Source: a virus
IMG/VR virus record: IMGVR_UViG_3300024496_000011
Length of the DNA stretch: 64,000 nucleotides
Reading direction: 5' to 3' (one strand)
A program made the translations under genes and the position numbers. The stretch's first letter is position 1; every line of letters begins with the position of its first letter. The notes under the pieces were generated by a model that searched no databases, was not told the origin of the DNA, and was given only the letters and a program-made list of their open reading frames with translations. Shown one piece after another: positions 46,043 to 55,842 of this stretch.

Positions 46043-47586
46043 TGAAAATACTTGACAATGTTTTCTCTATTTCCTTTAATATAACCGATACATTCTTTTA
46101 AATCATCTGGAAGATTATTCCATAAATTTGCCATTTCTTGTCCAGCTTCATCTTTGTTATAATTTGTTCCTTGTGCATGTTGGATTTGATGATCATAATC
46201 TCTGATCACTGGTCTCTTCATAATAAAAGAAATTGCATTCATTACAAGATCCCAACCCCACCCCATTTTCATAGTCTCGGGAGTCATAATCTTTAAAAGA
46301 TCTCTCTTGTAAAAATCACCAATCACATCTTTATGAATAAACCATACTGTTTCATCAGTACACGCAACCATTTTAATATTAGAATCTTCAGATTCTAATC
46401 CTTCAATATCAGTCTGATCTGGAGTGTACCAAATGTTAGTTACATCCGGAGCATAAACTCCCCATTCATATAGATTATAATACTTTCTTGCATCATCAAC
46501 AAGTTGTTTCCAATTAGTATATTGAGTATCTCCTTGGATATGAAGTAAAACTTTTTTATCATCTTTAAAGAGTTCCAGTGCTTTAGTAAATTGAGATGTA
46601 AAATAAGCAGAGTCTCCAAGATTAACCCAACCTTCTCTAGTATTATTATCATCACTATTGATAACAGTAACATCATCAAATACTTCTTTCAGTGCATCTT
46701 CAATGGCACAAGTTTTTTCAAACTGACGATTCCAATTAAAAATGAATGGTTGAATATCCTTTACTCTAATTTGAGGAAATCTTTCCAAGTAACCTCTACC
46801 ATTAAGATCCGCATGATCTCCATGATCATTGCTAGTATTTAAATCCTGATAAAGAATCTCAACATAAGGATTTAAAATACGCGCATAGTTTGTAATGTTT
46901 GAAGACTTACCAATAATTGTTTTACACATTGACAAGGTAGTTGCATCAATCAAAACTTCATCACCAGCAAGAATTCTTTCGGCACTATTAGGTTCTGCTT
47001 GAATAGAATAATGAAGACCAGCAGTACTCATCGTGCGTTGATGATCATAATGATGAATTGTGATATCTAGGAAATAATTTTTAAATTCGTCAATTACATT
47101 ACTTTGATCTGTCGTAAGAAATATACAATCATATCCACCAGAATTAAACTCTTCTTTGGCTACCTTTAAGTATTTTTCAATAGCAACAAATTCAGTATGA
47201 CCAACTCCATCAGTTCCACGATAGTGAACACCCAAAGCATTTTTATATTTTTCTTTAGCAATACTATCAATTTTTGCTTGCATTCTTTCATTATAAGGCA
47301 AGTACTTGCGGTACTTATCCAAATCAAAGTCCCTAAAAGATGCCCAAGGATAGTCACAATCCCATCCATCTTGAGAATTAAACGCTTTATTGGCATCATC
47401 AGATACACGAGAGGAATCAAACCAATGATCTGGAGTTCCATACAACATAAACATTGATGGAGAAACGCAGACTTGATTAAGATCAACTCCTTTATTCTCA
47501 AGTGTTCTAAAACTTGTCAAAATAGTAAGATAGTTTGAGAGAAATCCGCGATGCATTCCCTCAACTAACTTAATCTCAAAACTCAT
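46039..47586 (-). CDS. two-domain glycosyltransferase (NodZ-like fucosyltransferase plus a second GT-like domain)
   Basis: GVHYRGTDG...IFLTTD...DATTLSMC..IIG..SN; C-terminal WGWD domain. Confidence 0.65.
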   Translation of the reverse strand: MSFEIKLVEGMHRGFLSNYLTILTSFRTLENKGVDLNQVCVSPSMFMLYGTPDHWFDSSRVSDDANKAFNSQDGWDCDYPWASFRDFDLDKYRKYLPYNERMQAKIDSIAKEKYKNALGVHYRGTDGVGHTEFVAIEKYLKVAKEEFNSGGYDCIFLTTDQSNVIDEFKNYFLDITIHHYDHQRTMSTAGLHYSIQAEPNSAERILAGDEVLIDATTLSMCKTIIGKSSNITNYARILNPYVEILYQDLNTSNDHGDHADLNGRGYLERFPQIRVKDIQPFIFNWNRQFEKTCAIEDALKEVFDDVTVINSDDNNTREGWVNLGDSAYFTSQFTKALELFKDDKKVLLHIQGDTQYTNWKQLVDDARKYYNLYEWGVYAPDVTNIWYTPDQTDIEGLESEDSNIKMVACTDETVWFIHKDVIGDFYKRDLLKIMTPETMKMGWGWDLVMNAISFIMKRPVIRDYDHQIQHAQGTNYNKDEAGQEMANLWNNLPDDLKECIGYIKGNRENIVKYFQ

Positions 47587-47587
47587 T

Positions 47588-47965
47588 TCAATCTCCTTTA
47601 ATTACACGATAACTATCTTCATCAAAATGTTGCGTTGAAAATTCAAAAAGTTCAGTATCTTCAAGAGCAATCATTTGATGTCTTAATCCACGATAAACAT
47701 GAAACTTATCTCCTTTATTCAGGGTCAGTTCATGTGCTAAAGCAATATCATCTTCATCATAATATTTTAACAAAATTTTTCCAGATTGTAAATAGAAAAC
47801 TTCATCTTTCAATTTATGAAAATGCCAGGAGCATCTTTTACCCTTAACAAAATATAAAAGTTTTCCACAGTACTCTTCTGAATTGACAATCCATTTTTCA
47901 AATCCCCATCCTTTAGGGACAAATTTAATTTCCGAAGAACTCATTTGCGTTAATTCCTTTGTCAT
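47588..47965 (-). CDS. cupin-fold sugar isomerase/epimerase-like protein
   Basis: VPKGWG.E.WI...SWHFH..KDE.FY...H. Confidence 0.8.
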   Translation of the reverse strand: MTKELTQMSSSEIKFVPKGWGFEKWIVNSEEYCGKLLYFVKGKRCSWHFHKLKDEVFYLQSGKILLKYYDEDDIALAHELTLNKGDKFHVYRGLRHQMIALEDTELFEFSTQHFDEDSYRVIKGD

Positions 47966-48263
47966 CTATGTAGACATCACCAGCAGGTTTACCCATAAAC
48001 AATTTGTGATATTTACAACCCCATTCTTTAAGTTGTAACTCTGTTATATATCTCAAATCTGACTCTGCTAGTTGTGCATTATTATCATATCTACCCATAC
48101 CTCGTGCAGTAAGATAAACAATGTAATGTCCTTCATCATAAAGTTGATTGATTACTTTTATCCTATCTCTTTTTGGTGTAGATGATGAATAACTATCGCC
48201 ATCAGATTTATCACAAATAGTTCCATCAATGTCAACAACGTATTTCATTAATGTCATCTCCAC
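47925..48263 (-). CDS. HAD-superfamily phosphatase
   Basis: VVDIDGTI, LTARG, GKP..DVYIDDK. Confidence 0.85.
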   Translation of the reverse strand: MEMTLMKYVVDIDGTICDKSDGDSYSSSTPKRDRIKVINQLYDEGHYIVYLTARGMGRYDNNAQLAESDLRYITELQLKEWGCKYHKLFMGKPAGDVYIDDKGINANEFFGN

Positions 48264-48981
48264 TTAAAACATAAGTCCCAAAGTTTTGAACTGCTATTGC
48301 AGCTGCCTTGTTAGCGTAAGGTATTGCTTTTTCTATCGTACCACACTCTAGGTAAAAGTAAACTAGTGCAGATAAAAAGGTGTCTCCCGCGCCACAAACA
48401 TCAAATACACTTACTTTTTCTCCAGGGTAAGTTATACCATCATATTCTGCTCCACCAGAACCTCTAGTAATGATAATGTTGTCATGTTTACTTTTTAAGA
48501 GTTTCGATTCATTATCATTAATCTTAATAAAACAATTTGACTCTGGGAGAATTGTCTTTTTACTATCAACAAAAACAGGAATTCTAGAGTTAAAAACTAC
48601 TTCAAATAATTTTTGTTGAGTAATAAATCCTTTGTCATAATCAGAAATAACCAATGCATCATATTTTTCATTTGGTATTTCATATTCCATTGGAGATAAA
48701 GGATCCTCAATATCTACGCGAAGAATTTGATGATTATATTTTTCATCAATATATCTTGTTTTATAAATTTTTTCTTTATTGGTTAGCATATAAACTTCCA
48801 TACCGAATGCTTGGAGATTATCTCTAACATTCCACGCCATCCCATTCTTACTTTCTTTTCTATGAAACTTAAGAATTGGCACTGGTGCTTCTGGATTTAA
48901 TCTTTCACAAGTTCCATAGACATATTCATCGACGCAACTATCTCCGATTAATAATATCTTGTATGGTTTTTGTTGTGGCAT
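48232..48981 (-). CDS. PfkB-family sugar-phosphate kinase (HldE/RfaE domain I-like)
   Basis: GDSCVDEY..G...RLNPEAPVP...SDYDKG...DVCGAGDTF. Confidence 0.9.
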   Translation of the reverse strand: MPQQKPYKILLIGDSCVDEYVYGTCERLNPEAPVPILKFHRKESKNGMAWNVRDNLQAFGMEVYMLTNKEKIYKTRYIDEKYNHQILRVDIEDPLSPMEYEIPNEKYDALVISDYDKGFITQQKLFEVVFNSRIPVFVDSKKTILPESNCFIKINDNESKLLKSKHDNIIITRGSGGAEYDGITYPGEKVSVFDVCGAGDTFLSALVYFYLECGTIEKAIPYANKAAAIAVQNFGTYVLSGDDINEIRC

Positions 48982-49336
48982 AATCTCCTATCCTATCAAA
49001 GAATATTAATTCAGCAGCATAATAAGAACCTATTACAGACTTACCTTTCCAGTCAGAACCAACAACCATTATATCAGGTTTAAAGGATTTTACCAAACCC
49101 TCAAGTTCTTCATCGCTAGAAAACAGTTTTACCTCATCCACTGCCTTTAGATTTTCTAGAAAAAATTTCCTTTCATCTTGATTATGTATGGGTCTTGTTG
49201 AACCCTTCTTTTCTTTTACTCTTTCATCAGTATCAATACCAACACACAAATAATCACCAAGACTTTTTGCATAATTCAAAAGTTCAAGGTGACCTCTATG
49301 TAGAATATCAAATGTTCCGTTTACAAAAATGTTCAT
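48938..49336 (-). CDS. sugar-1-phosphate nucleotidyltransferase (HldE/RfaE domain II-like)
   Basis: NGTFDILHRGH...VGIDTD..V...KG..RPI...KPD..V.G.DW. Confidence 0.9.
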   Translation of the reverse strand: MNIFVNGTFDILHRGHLELLNYAKSLGDYLCVGIDTDERVKEKKGSTRPIHNQDERKFFLENLKAVDEVKLFSSDEELEGLVKSFKPDIMVVGSDWKGKSVIGSYYAAELIFFDRIGDYATTKTIQDIINRR

Positions 49337-50129
49337 AACAGTTTTTAATCTCTTTTTCTAATCCACTAAACTTTATTCCAAAAGTTTTTAACAATTCACC
49401 AGAACCACAATACGACTTGTCCATCCCTTCTTCCAAAACAGTTACGGGAACTTTATATTCCGATAGACTGTTTATAATCCTAGAAACATCAGACAATTTC
49501 GTTTTTGTTTCATAAACTAAATTAACTTCCTTTGGTAAATCTTTTCTCAATTCAAGATATAAATCAATAACTTTTTTTGTATCTTCTATTCCAAAAAAGT
49601 CCATAAACTTATCCTTAAAAATAACAATTTCTTTCTTAAGGATATAATTTTTTATATTCACAGAGGTAAACATATTATCTGGAGTTTCTGGTCCAAATAC
49701 ATTAAAGAACCTCAAGTTATAAACATGATCCAATTGACGACATCTTTGTGATATAAGACACTTTGCAAAACCATAATAATCTTCAGGAATTATTTCTCCC
49801 ACTTGATTTTCTTTTGCAAGATAAATGTCTTTTTGTCTACCAAATGCAGCACCACTACAAAAATTAATCATTGGAACTTTTTGTGCTGCAAGGTTTTCAA
49901 ACATTTTCATATTTACATAAAAATCGTCAGGAATATCCTGACGAATTCTACGACCACCTTTAATTGCAGCGTGGAGAATAAAATCAATATTATTCTCCTT
50001 TACAAACAAATCAACCAGACCTTTATTTGTATAATCAACATCAGGATAAAAAACATCATGAGTTTTAAGAAGATGCGGTATGACTTCTCTCCCTAAAAAT
50101 CCACGATGTCCAGTAAAAAGAATATTCAT
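49308..50129 (-). CDS. NAD-dependent epimerase/dehydratase
   Basis: TGHRGFLG, YGFAK (YxxxK), LRFFNVFGP. Confidence 0.85.
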   Translation of the reverse strand: MNILFTGHRGFLGREVIPHLLKTHDVFYPDVDYTNKGLVDLFVKENNIDFILHAAIKGGRRIRQDIPDDFYVNMKMFENLAAQKVPMINFCSGAAFGRQKDIYLAKENQVGEIIPEDYYGFAKCLISQRCRQLDHVYNLRFFNVFGPETPDNMFTSVNIKNYILKKEIVIFKDKFMDFFGIEDTKKVIDLYLELRKDLPKEVNLVYETKTKLSDVSRIINSLSEYKVPVTVLEEGMDKSYCGSGELLKTFGIKFSGLEKEIKNCYEHFCKRNI

Positions 50130-50596
50130 CTACTTAGGTTAATATAGGAAGGAGAAGAACCATACAGAAATTCTTTAATATTAATGTCTTCTTTATCCTT
50201 TGGTCTAAAAGTTTTTATGTTTGGAAACAAAGAAAGAACTTGTTGGTCTTCACAAGCATAGTGAGAAAATCCACAAACTCCATAGTCATCATCTCTACCA
50301 CTTCCCACAAGTTTAACAGGGATATTCTCGTGGTTTACATAGTTGCGAATAAACTCAAATGGACGATAAAGAACAAATGGAGTAATAGAGTAAACAACAG
50401 GAATAATACCTTCCATTGCCATACCAACTGCCATACCGATCATAAGTTGTTCAGAAGCACCAGGATTAATAACTCTATTCGGAAACTCTTTTCTCAAATC
50501 ATCAAATAATCCATATCCAACATCACCAACCAAAAGAGAGATATTTTCATTCTCTCTCATTTCACTAGTTAGTAAATCTCTAAAAGTTCTTCTCAT
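50126..50596 (-). CDS. transketolase pyrimidine-binding subunit (short)
   Basis: NPGASEQLMIGMAVGMA.EG..P...YRPFEFIR...GFSHY. Confidence 0.85.
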   Translation of the reverse strand: MRRTFRDLLTSEMRENENISLLVGDVGYGLFDDLRKEFPNRVINPGASEQLMIGMAVGMAMEGIIPVVYSITPFVLYRPFEFIRNYVNHENIPVKLVGSGRDDDYGVCGFSHYACEDQQVLSLFPNIKTFRPKDKEDINIKEFLYGSSPSYINLSR

Positions 50597-51234
50597 AGTG
50601 CCTCCAAAGCAGATTGATATTGTTCCTCACTAAAGTTTGTATAATGTGCATGAAGACCTTCTAAACCATAATGATTTACTGTTGTCCTTACAAAGTTTAC
50701 ATATGGATTAAATGCTTTAATCCTATTTTCAAGATAGTCTAAGTCAACAGCATCATAAGCAGCCCATCCATTTGCGTTCACATAAATCTTGAGATTGTGA
50801 AGATTGTTCTCATAAGCAAAACGAAGTGCTTCCCACACAGAACCTTCTGCTGATTCGCCATCAGAAATCATACAGTAAACATTACGATTAGGATTTGCAA
50901 GTGCTCTTCCAACAGCAACTGTAATGCCCATTCCAAGACTTCCTGTTGAGCAATGAAGTTTTACAGTCTCATCTCTTTTTGGATGCTCTCCATATTTTTC
51001 TAGAAGTTCTTCAGCATTAAATCCAAAGTACTTTTCAAGAACAACATATAAAGACACTACTGCGTGACCATTTGAAAGAATAAAAATATCATCTTCATTC
51101 ATTTCACTATAGATCTTATCAATTAGGTCAAGACAAGAAAAGTAACTTCCTAGATGATGAAGTTGCTTTTCATAACAGATATCAAGAAGTCTCCTAGTCA
51201 GTTTTTCATCCGTCATAACCAAGAACTCCATCAT
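50593..51234 (-). CDS. transketolase N-terminal (TPP-binding) subunit
   Basis: HHLGSYFS...FILSNGH...STGSLGMG...SDGESAEGSVWEA. Confidence 0.88.
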   Translation of the reverse strand: MMEFLVMTDEKLTRRLLDICYEKQLHHLGSYFSCLDLIDKIYSEMNEDDIFILSNGHAVVSLYVVLEKYFGFNAEELLEKYGEHPKRDETVKLHCSTGSLGMGITVAVGRALANPNRNVYCMISDGESAEGSVWEALRFAYENNLHNLKIYVNANGWAAYDAVDLDYLENRIKAFNPYVNFVRTTVNHYGLEGLHAHYTNFSEEQYQSALEAL

Positions 51235-51916
51235 AAGTAAGTTTCATTGTCTTTTTACCAAGTGATTCAAGTCTTTCAATAACTTTATTCACATTCTCTT
51301 CCATCTTACCAACACCCTCAAAATCATGAACCTCAACATAGATTGCATCAATTTCTTTAATAGCGTCTTCGAATGATGGATCATGCACAACTACATTTTC
51401 AAATCCTTCAATGTCCATCTTTACAAAATTCACTCTCTTTTTCACAGTATTTTTAATAAAATCGGCAAGAGTTGTAGTAGGAACCATGACACTATCAGTG
51501 CCACCAGGATCAATACCATGACGAAGAAAAGAATTCATAGTCGAATTGCTACTATTCAACTGAAACTCTTCTTCTCCATTTTTAGTATGAATAGCAACTT
51601 GATGTGGAAAAATATTTTTTACCTTAAGACTTTTTAAAATATCTCCCATAATTTCAATATGAGATGGAGTTGGTTCTACTGCATATACTTCTTTACAGAT
51701 AGAACTCATATAAAGAGAAAACAATCCAATATTAGCACCAAGATCAACCATTACAACATCTTCATTGTCCTCAAGAAATGAATAAAAACCATCCTCAAAT
51801 TGATCAAGAATTGCAATTGTTTTTGAATGAGGTGTATTATGGTGCTCCAAAAACTTTTTAGATTTGGAAAGATCATATGTTTCAAGATCTTTAATTGTTT
51901 TCAAAATAACAGACAT
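51206..51916 (-). CDS. FkbM-family methyltransferase
   Basis: VDLGANIG...AVEP...FVKMDIEGFE. Confidence 0.9.
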   Translation of the reverse strand: MSVILKTIKDLETYDLSKSKKFLEHHNTPHSKTIAILDQFEDGFYSFLEDNEDVVMVDLGANIGLFSLYMSSICKEVYAVEPTPSHIEIMGDILKSLKVKNIFPHQVAIHTKNGEEEFQLNSSNSTMNSFLRHGIDPGGTDSVMVPTTTLADFIKNTVKKRVNFVKMDIEGFENVVVHDPSFEDAIKEIDAIYVEVHDFEGVGKMEENVNKVIERLESLGKKTMKLTYDGVLGYDG

Positions 51917-51917
51917 T

Positions 51918-52796
51918 TTATTCTCCTAAAATTGTTTGAATGTAATCGCGTACTTCTGATTTAATTATACCATATAACCAGTTATAATGGTCACCATATT
52001 GTTTAATAGTTTCCATTGTACCTACTCCAGCGGCATGAAGTATGCTTGTTCTCAATGGTTCTCCCGTAATTGGGTGATCAATATAAACAGAGTTGTCTTT
52101 TATGTAAAGATTTTTCCAACTCTCACAATGATCTTTTTCTCCCCACTGATTAACTATACCATAAGTTACACCACTTCCCTCTCTATCAATTATTTCACTT
52201 GTATACTTATCTTTTGCATGAAATATATGATTCCAAGTATCTTGTTCATTACGAATTAAGGGCCATGGTTTATAGGTAAAAGTTCTTCCATCACTTTGCT
52301 CAGCAACAAACTTATTAAAGTCTCTCCACTCATACCAAAATTGCTTATCATTTGAAGCAATAAATCCCGCATTAAGAAACTCATTTACACCTATCATTCC
52401 ACCATCGCCATATGGTTCATAAAAAGGACTTACACAAGGTTGTGCTGATCCTGCTTTACCAAAGAAGTTATTGTTTCTAACTCCTATCAATTCTGCATTT
52501 GAATCAATAACTTTATCAAGACTACCAATACAAAAAGAGTCTGCATCAATATGAATTACCATATCATAATCTTCAACTAAAGGAAGACATGTCACGACCA
52601 TCATCCAATCAGAAAACCTAACATTTTCTGCACCAAGCCAAGGATATTCTTTTGTTATATTTTTTGTATCCTCTGTCCCAAAAATATGAAAGTCTATCTC
52701 CGGATGAAAATGATTGATGAGTTTTTGCAACTTATCTGGTCTTAGATAAGGTGCATAGTCATCAGTACACCATGTAGAAACTGCAATCTTTTTCAT
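51918..52796 (-). CDS. GT-A fold glycosyltransferase-like protein
   Basis: IHIDADS (DxD), LNAGF, EQD..N resemble GT8-type motifs. Confidence 0.65.
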   Translation of the reverse strand: MKKIAVSTWCTDDYAPYLRPDKLQKLINHFHPEIDFHIFGTEDTKNITKEYPWLGAENVRFSDWMMVVTCLPLVEDYDMVIHIDADSFCIGSLDKVIDSNAELIGVRNNNFFGKAGSAQPCVSPFYEPYGDGGMIGVNEFLNAGFIASNDKQFWYEWRDFNKFVAEQSDGRTFTYKPWPLIRNEQDTWNHIFHAKDKYTSEIIDREGSGVTYGIVNQWGEKDHCESWKNLYIKDNSVYIDHPITGEPLRTSILHAAGVGTMETIKQYGDHYNWLYGIIKSEVRDYIQTILGE

Positions 52797-53416
52797 TTTA
52801 TTTTTTTGAAGATAGATGTAAGTATATTTGGATATGAATGCTCGGTCTTACGAATAGAGTCTTCAATATTTGTATGGTTAACATATTCATAATTTTGAGA
52901 CTCAACAAAACTCCTCAAAGATTTTTCATCAAAATGCCAGAGGTGTTCATCTGGTCTTCTATGCTTCCAATTTTCAAACCATTCATCATTAAAATTATGA
53001 CACCAAGGAACACTTATACAAATATAATCACACTGCAGTTTATCTAAAAAGTAAATATCATCAAAATGTTCTAAAGAATCAAAGAAACTAATGACATCAT
53101 AATGACTATCAAAGATATTATCTACAGTTTTAATTTTACTTGGCAAATTAACACCACTAACATCATACCCAAAACAATTTGGAATTATTTCACTACATGT
53201 TTTTAAAAAACTTCCATTCCCGTATCCAACATCAAGAATAGAATTTGGAACTTTACCTAGAGAACCTATAACAAATCCAAGTCTTAGATAAGACATATAG
53301 TTTGTCAATTCGCCATAAGAGTTATATCTAGTATCGACATATTTTTGATCATATGTAATTGGTTTGCATATAATCTGTTTTATTACGCCATTATCATCTT
53401 TTTGATAGTTTTTCAT
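52793..53416 (-). CDS. class I SAM-dependent methyltransferase
   Basis: ILDVGYGNGSFL...GYDV...YDVISFFDSLEH. Confidence 0.85.
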   Translation of the reverse strand: MKNYQKDDNGVIKQIICKPITYDQKYVDTRYNSYGELTNYMSYLRLGFVIGSLGKVPNSILDVGYGNGSFLKTCSEIIPNCFGYDVSGVNLPSKIKTVDNIFDSHYDVISFFDSLEHFDDIYFLDKLQCDYICISVPWCHNFNDEWFENWKHRRPDEHLWHFDEKSLRSFVESQNYEYVNHTNIEDSIRKTEHSYPNILTSIFKKIK

Positions 53417-54192
53417 ATTTTTTGATCATATTCAACGATAACCCAACGATTATCATTTAAATGGGAATTTACCAACAGCAATCCATTATCAGCTCTTAGA
53501 TCATGAAAATAAAGATCTGCTTTTAAGTCTAAAGGTAAAGAATCAACTAGACAAAATACAGAACTTGGGGAAACATGAATCTCTGTAGCATTTTCAATGA
53601 CTTTAATCCAATCTAATAGATTATCTGTTATATTATCTTTTATTTTTATGATTGTCAAGTCAGAGTTTTTGCCATTTCTCCAACCAAACATATCAAATTC
53701 ATATTCATCGCTTGCACTTGATGAATCGTGTACAAGAATATAATTTTTTACATTCCCAACTACTTTTTCGTAAAGATCATCCGCTCCCTTTATTTGTTTT
53801 GGTAATTTGAAATTACTATATCTTTCCGAATAAAGAACTTCTGCTTGTTCATAAAACTGTCTCTCAAAATTTATTCCAACCCATTTTGGGGGGCATTGTT
53901 CTCTTTCCAGATAAGTATAAATGACTTTATCATAACCTATTTTAAGGTAATCAAATTTAGTTTCAGAAGACCAATCAGAAACTTCTTTTTCAAGATTATC
54001 CCAATCATTATCAAATGCTTTTGGAATAATATTTGGGAAATCTTGATAGAGACAATCTATTGTGTTATAAAACTTTTTTCTGCATGGTAAATATAAAGTC
54101 TCATACTTTTGTGCATAATGATGCACCATACCATTACAAAGAAAATGATCACCCAAACCAGGATGATGATGAAGAATTAAATTTTTTTTCAT
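53413..54192 (-). CDS. hypothetical GT-B-like protein, paralog of 54192..54998
   Basis: HHHPGLGDHFLCNG...NFERQFYEQA. Confidence 0.65.
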   Translation of the reverse strand: MKKNLILHHHPGLGDHFLCNGMVHHYAQKYETLYLPCRKKFYNTIDCLYQDFPNIIPKAFDNDWDNLEKEVSDWSSETKFDYLKIGYDKVIYTYLEREQCPPKWVGINFERQFYEQAEVLYSERYSNFKLPKQIKGADDLYEKVVGNVKNYILVHDSSSASDEYEFDMFGWRNGKNSDLTIIKIKDNITDNLLDWIKVIENATEIHVSPSSVFCLVDSLPLDLKADLYFHDLRADNGLLLVNSHLNDNRWVIVEYDQKI

Positions 54193-54998
54193 TACATTAA
54201 ATGAGAGTATCTAACTATGTTCCAGCGATTAAATCCTGTTGCTAAACAATTTATTTGCTGCATAGTGTTATATCGAATATCATGATAAAAAAGTTTGGCA
54301 TTAATTTTAGTACATACACTATCAACAAGATGAAAAAATCCACTGTTTACACAATGTATCTCTCTTGCATTTTCAATTAGTTTCATATAAGAAAGAACAT
54401 TATTAGTTTGCCCCTTTTTAATTTCAATTACTTTGCTTGGAATTTTTTCATCAGGTCTCCAAGATGAAATTTCTATGGGATATTCATTTCTAAAACTTGA
54501 ATTTTTATGAACTACAATGTAGTCATTATTATCACCAACTAATTTTTCATAGACTTCATCAACATCAGGAATTTTTTTAGGCAAAACAAACTTTTCATAT
54601 CTATCTTTATAAAACATATTTGCTTGTTCATAAAACTGTCTTTCAAAGTTTGGAGCAAACTTTTCTGGATATGCTTCACCTTCTCCTCTTGGAGTATTTT
54701 TCCTCATCATTTCTCGATAATTTAAGTTCTCAAACCCAAGTCTTATAATTGGGTATCCCATCTGTTGAGCCCAAGGAAACATTTCTCTTTCAAGAGTTGC
54801 CCAATCATCATGAAAAGAATGAACAATAATATTTGGATAATCACTATACAAACATTCTAAAGTTTCAAAATACCTATGATGAGTAGGGATATGCAAACGA
54901 TCGGTCATTTTTACATATTCATGAACAATTGCATTACAAATGAAATGATCACCAAGTCCAGTATGATGATGAAAAACTAAATCAGAATATTTTTGCAT
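54192..54998 (-). CDS. hypothetical GT-B-like protein, paralog of 53413..54192
   Basis: HHHTGLGDHFICNA...NFERQFYEQA. Confidence 0.65.
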   Translation of the reverse strand: MQKYSDLVFHHHTGLGDHFICNAIVHEYVKMTDRLHIPTHHRYFETLECLYSDYPNIIVHSFHDDWATLEREMFPWAQQMGYPIIRLGFENLNYREMMRKNTPRGEGEAYPEKFAPNFERQFYEQANMFYKDRYEKFVLPKKIPDVDEVYEKLVGDNNDYIVVHKNSSFRNEYPIEISSWRPDEKIPSKVIEIKKGQTNNVLSYMKLIENAREIHCVNSGFFHLVDSVCTKINAKLFYHDIRYNTMQQINCLATGFNRWNIVRYSHLM

Positions 54999-54999
54999 A

Positions 55000-55842
55000 T
55001 TAGTTTAGATTACCAAATTCATCAAATTGAAAAACATTATTGACACTTCCTCGATAAAGATTCATCCATAAACCACAATTGCCCGTATGATTGACGACAT
55101 ATGAACATTCAGAAACACACCTAAGTGCAGAATCAAACCACTGCATCCAATCCATAGTATCTTTCCCTTCGTTCTCCATTACAGTGTTCATTGCATCTGT
55201 ACCGTAAGTCGAAGGAGTTTCTTCAAAGTGAATAACCATATCTCCAAGTTCATTTTTAAAATAATCTATAACTTGTGTCTGATCACTTTGAACTAAAACT
55301 TTTTTAGCAGAAGTTGCTTGTAAAAGTTGCTTAACCGCTATCAAATAATTTGAAGGATGCGATAAACGAACTTCAGTCCACTTATCAGTTCCTCTATAAA
55401 GAACAGAAATTGTTTCTGTAGGATTAATATTATATTTTTGCATTAAAAAATTTTTTCTTTCCAAAATTAAATCACTTGGATTAAAAAACTTATTAATTAC
55501 TTGATTATAATATTCAAAATCATAAAGTCCAAATTGCTTTTTATTTTCGTCAGGCAAAGCAACTTTTTTAAACAACTTTACTTTTTTATTAAAATCAATT
55601 TTATAAAAATCTGGGAAAATATCACGATTCTCATCTTTTTTGAATCTCTTGAATCCCATTGAATAATTAATTACATCAGGTTCTATACCATGACTTAATA
55701 AGATTAAGAGAGAAAGAAATGCTTGTGTTTGATTAGAATAAAACCCACAGTTCCACATGCAATCCAGCTGATTCATTTCTGGATGATTAATCGAACTGCA
55801 CCCCCCAGTAGATGCAGTATATTTACAATGTCGTAACTTCAT
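55000..55842 (-). CDS. NodZ-like fucosyltransferase-fold protein
   Basis: SVLYRGTDK...VQSD motifs parallel to 46039..47586. Confidence 0.55.
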   Translation of the reverse strand: MKLRHCKYTASTGGCSSINHPEMNQLDCMWNCGFYSNQTQAFLSLLILLSHGIEPDVINYSMGFKRFKKDENRDIFPDFYKIDFNKKVKLFKKVALPDENKKQFGLYDFEYYNQVINKFFNPSDLILERKNFLMQKYNINPTETISVLYRGTDKWTEVRLSHPSNYLIAVKQLLQATSAKKVLVQSDQTQVIDYFKNELGDMVIHFEETPSTYGTDAMNTVMENEGKDTMDWMQWFDSALRCVSECSYVVNHTGNCGLWMNLYRGSVNNVFQFDEFGNLN

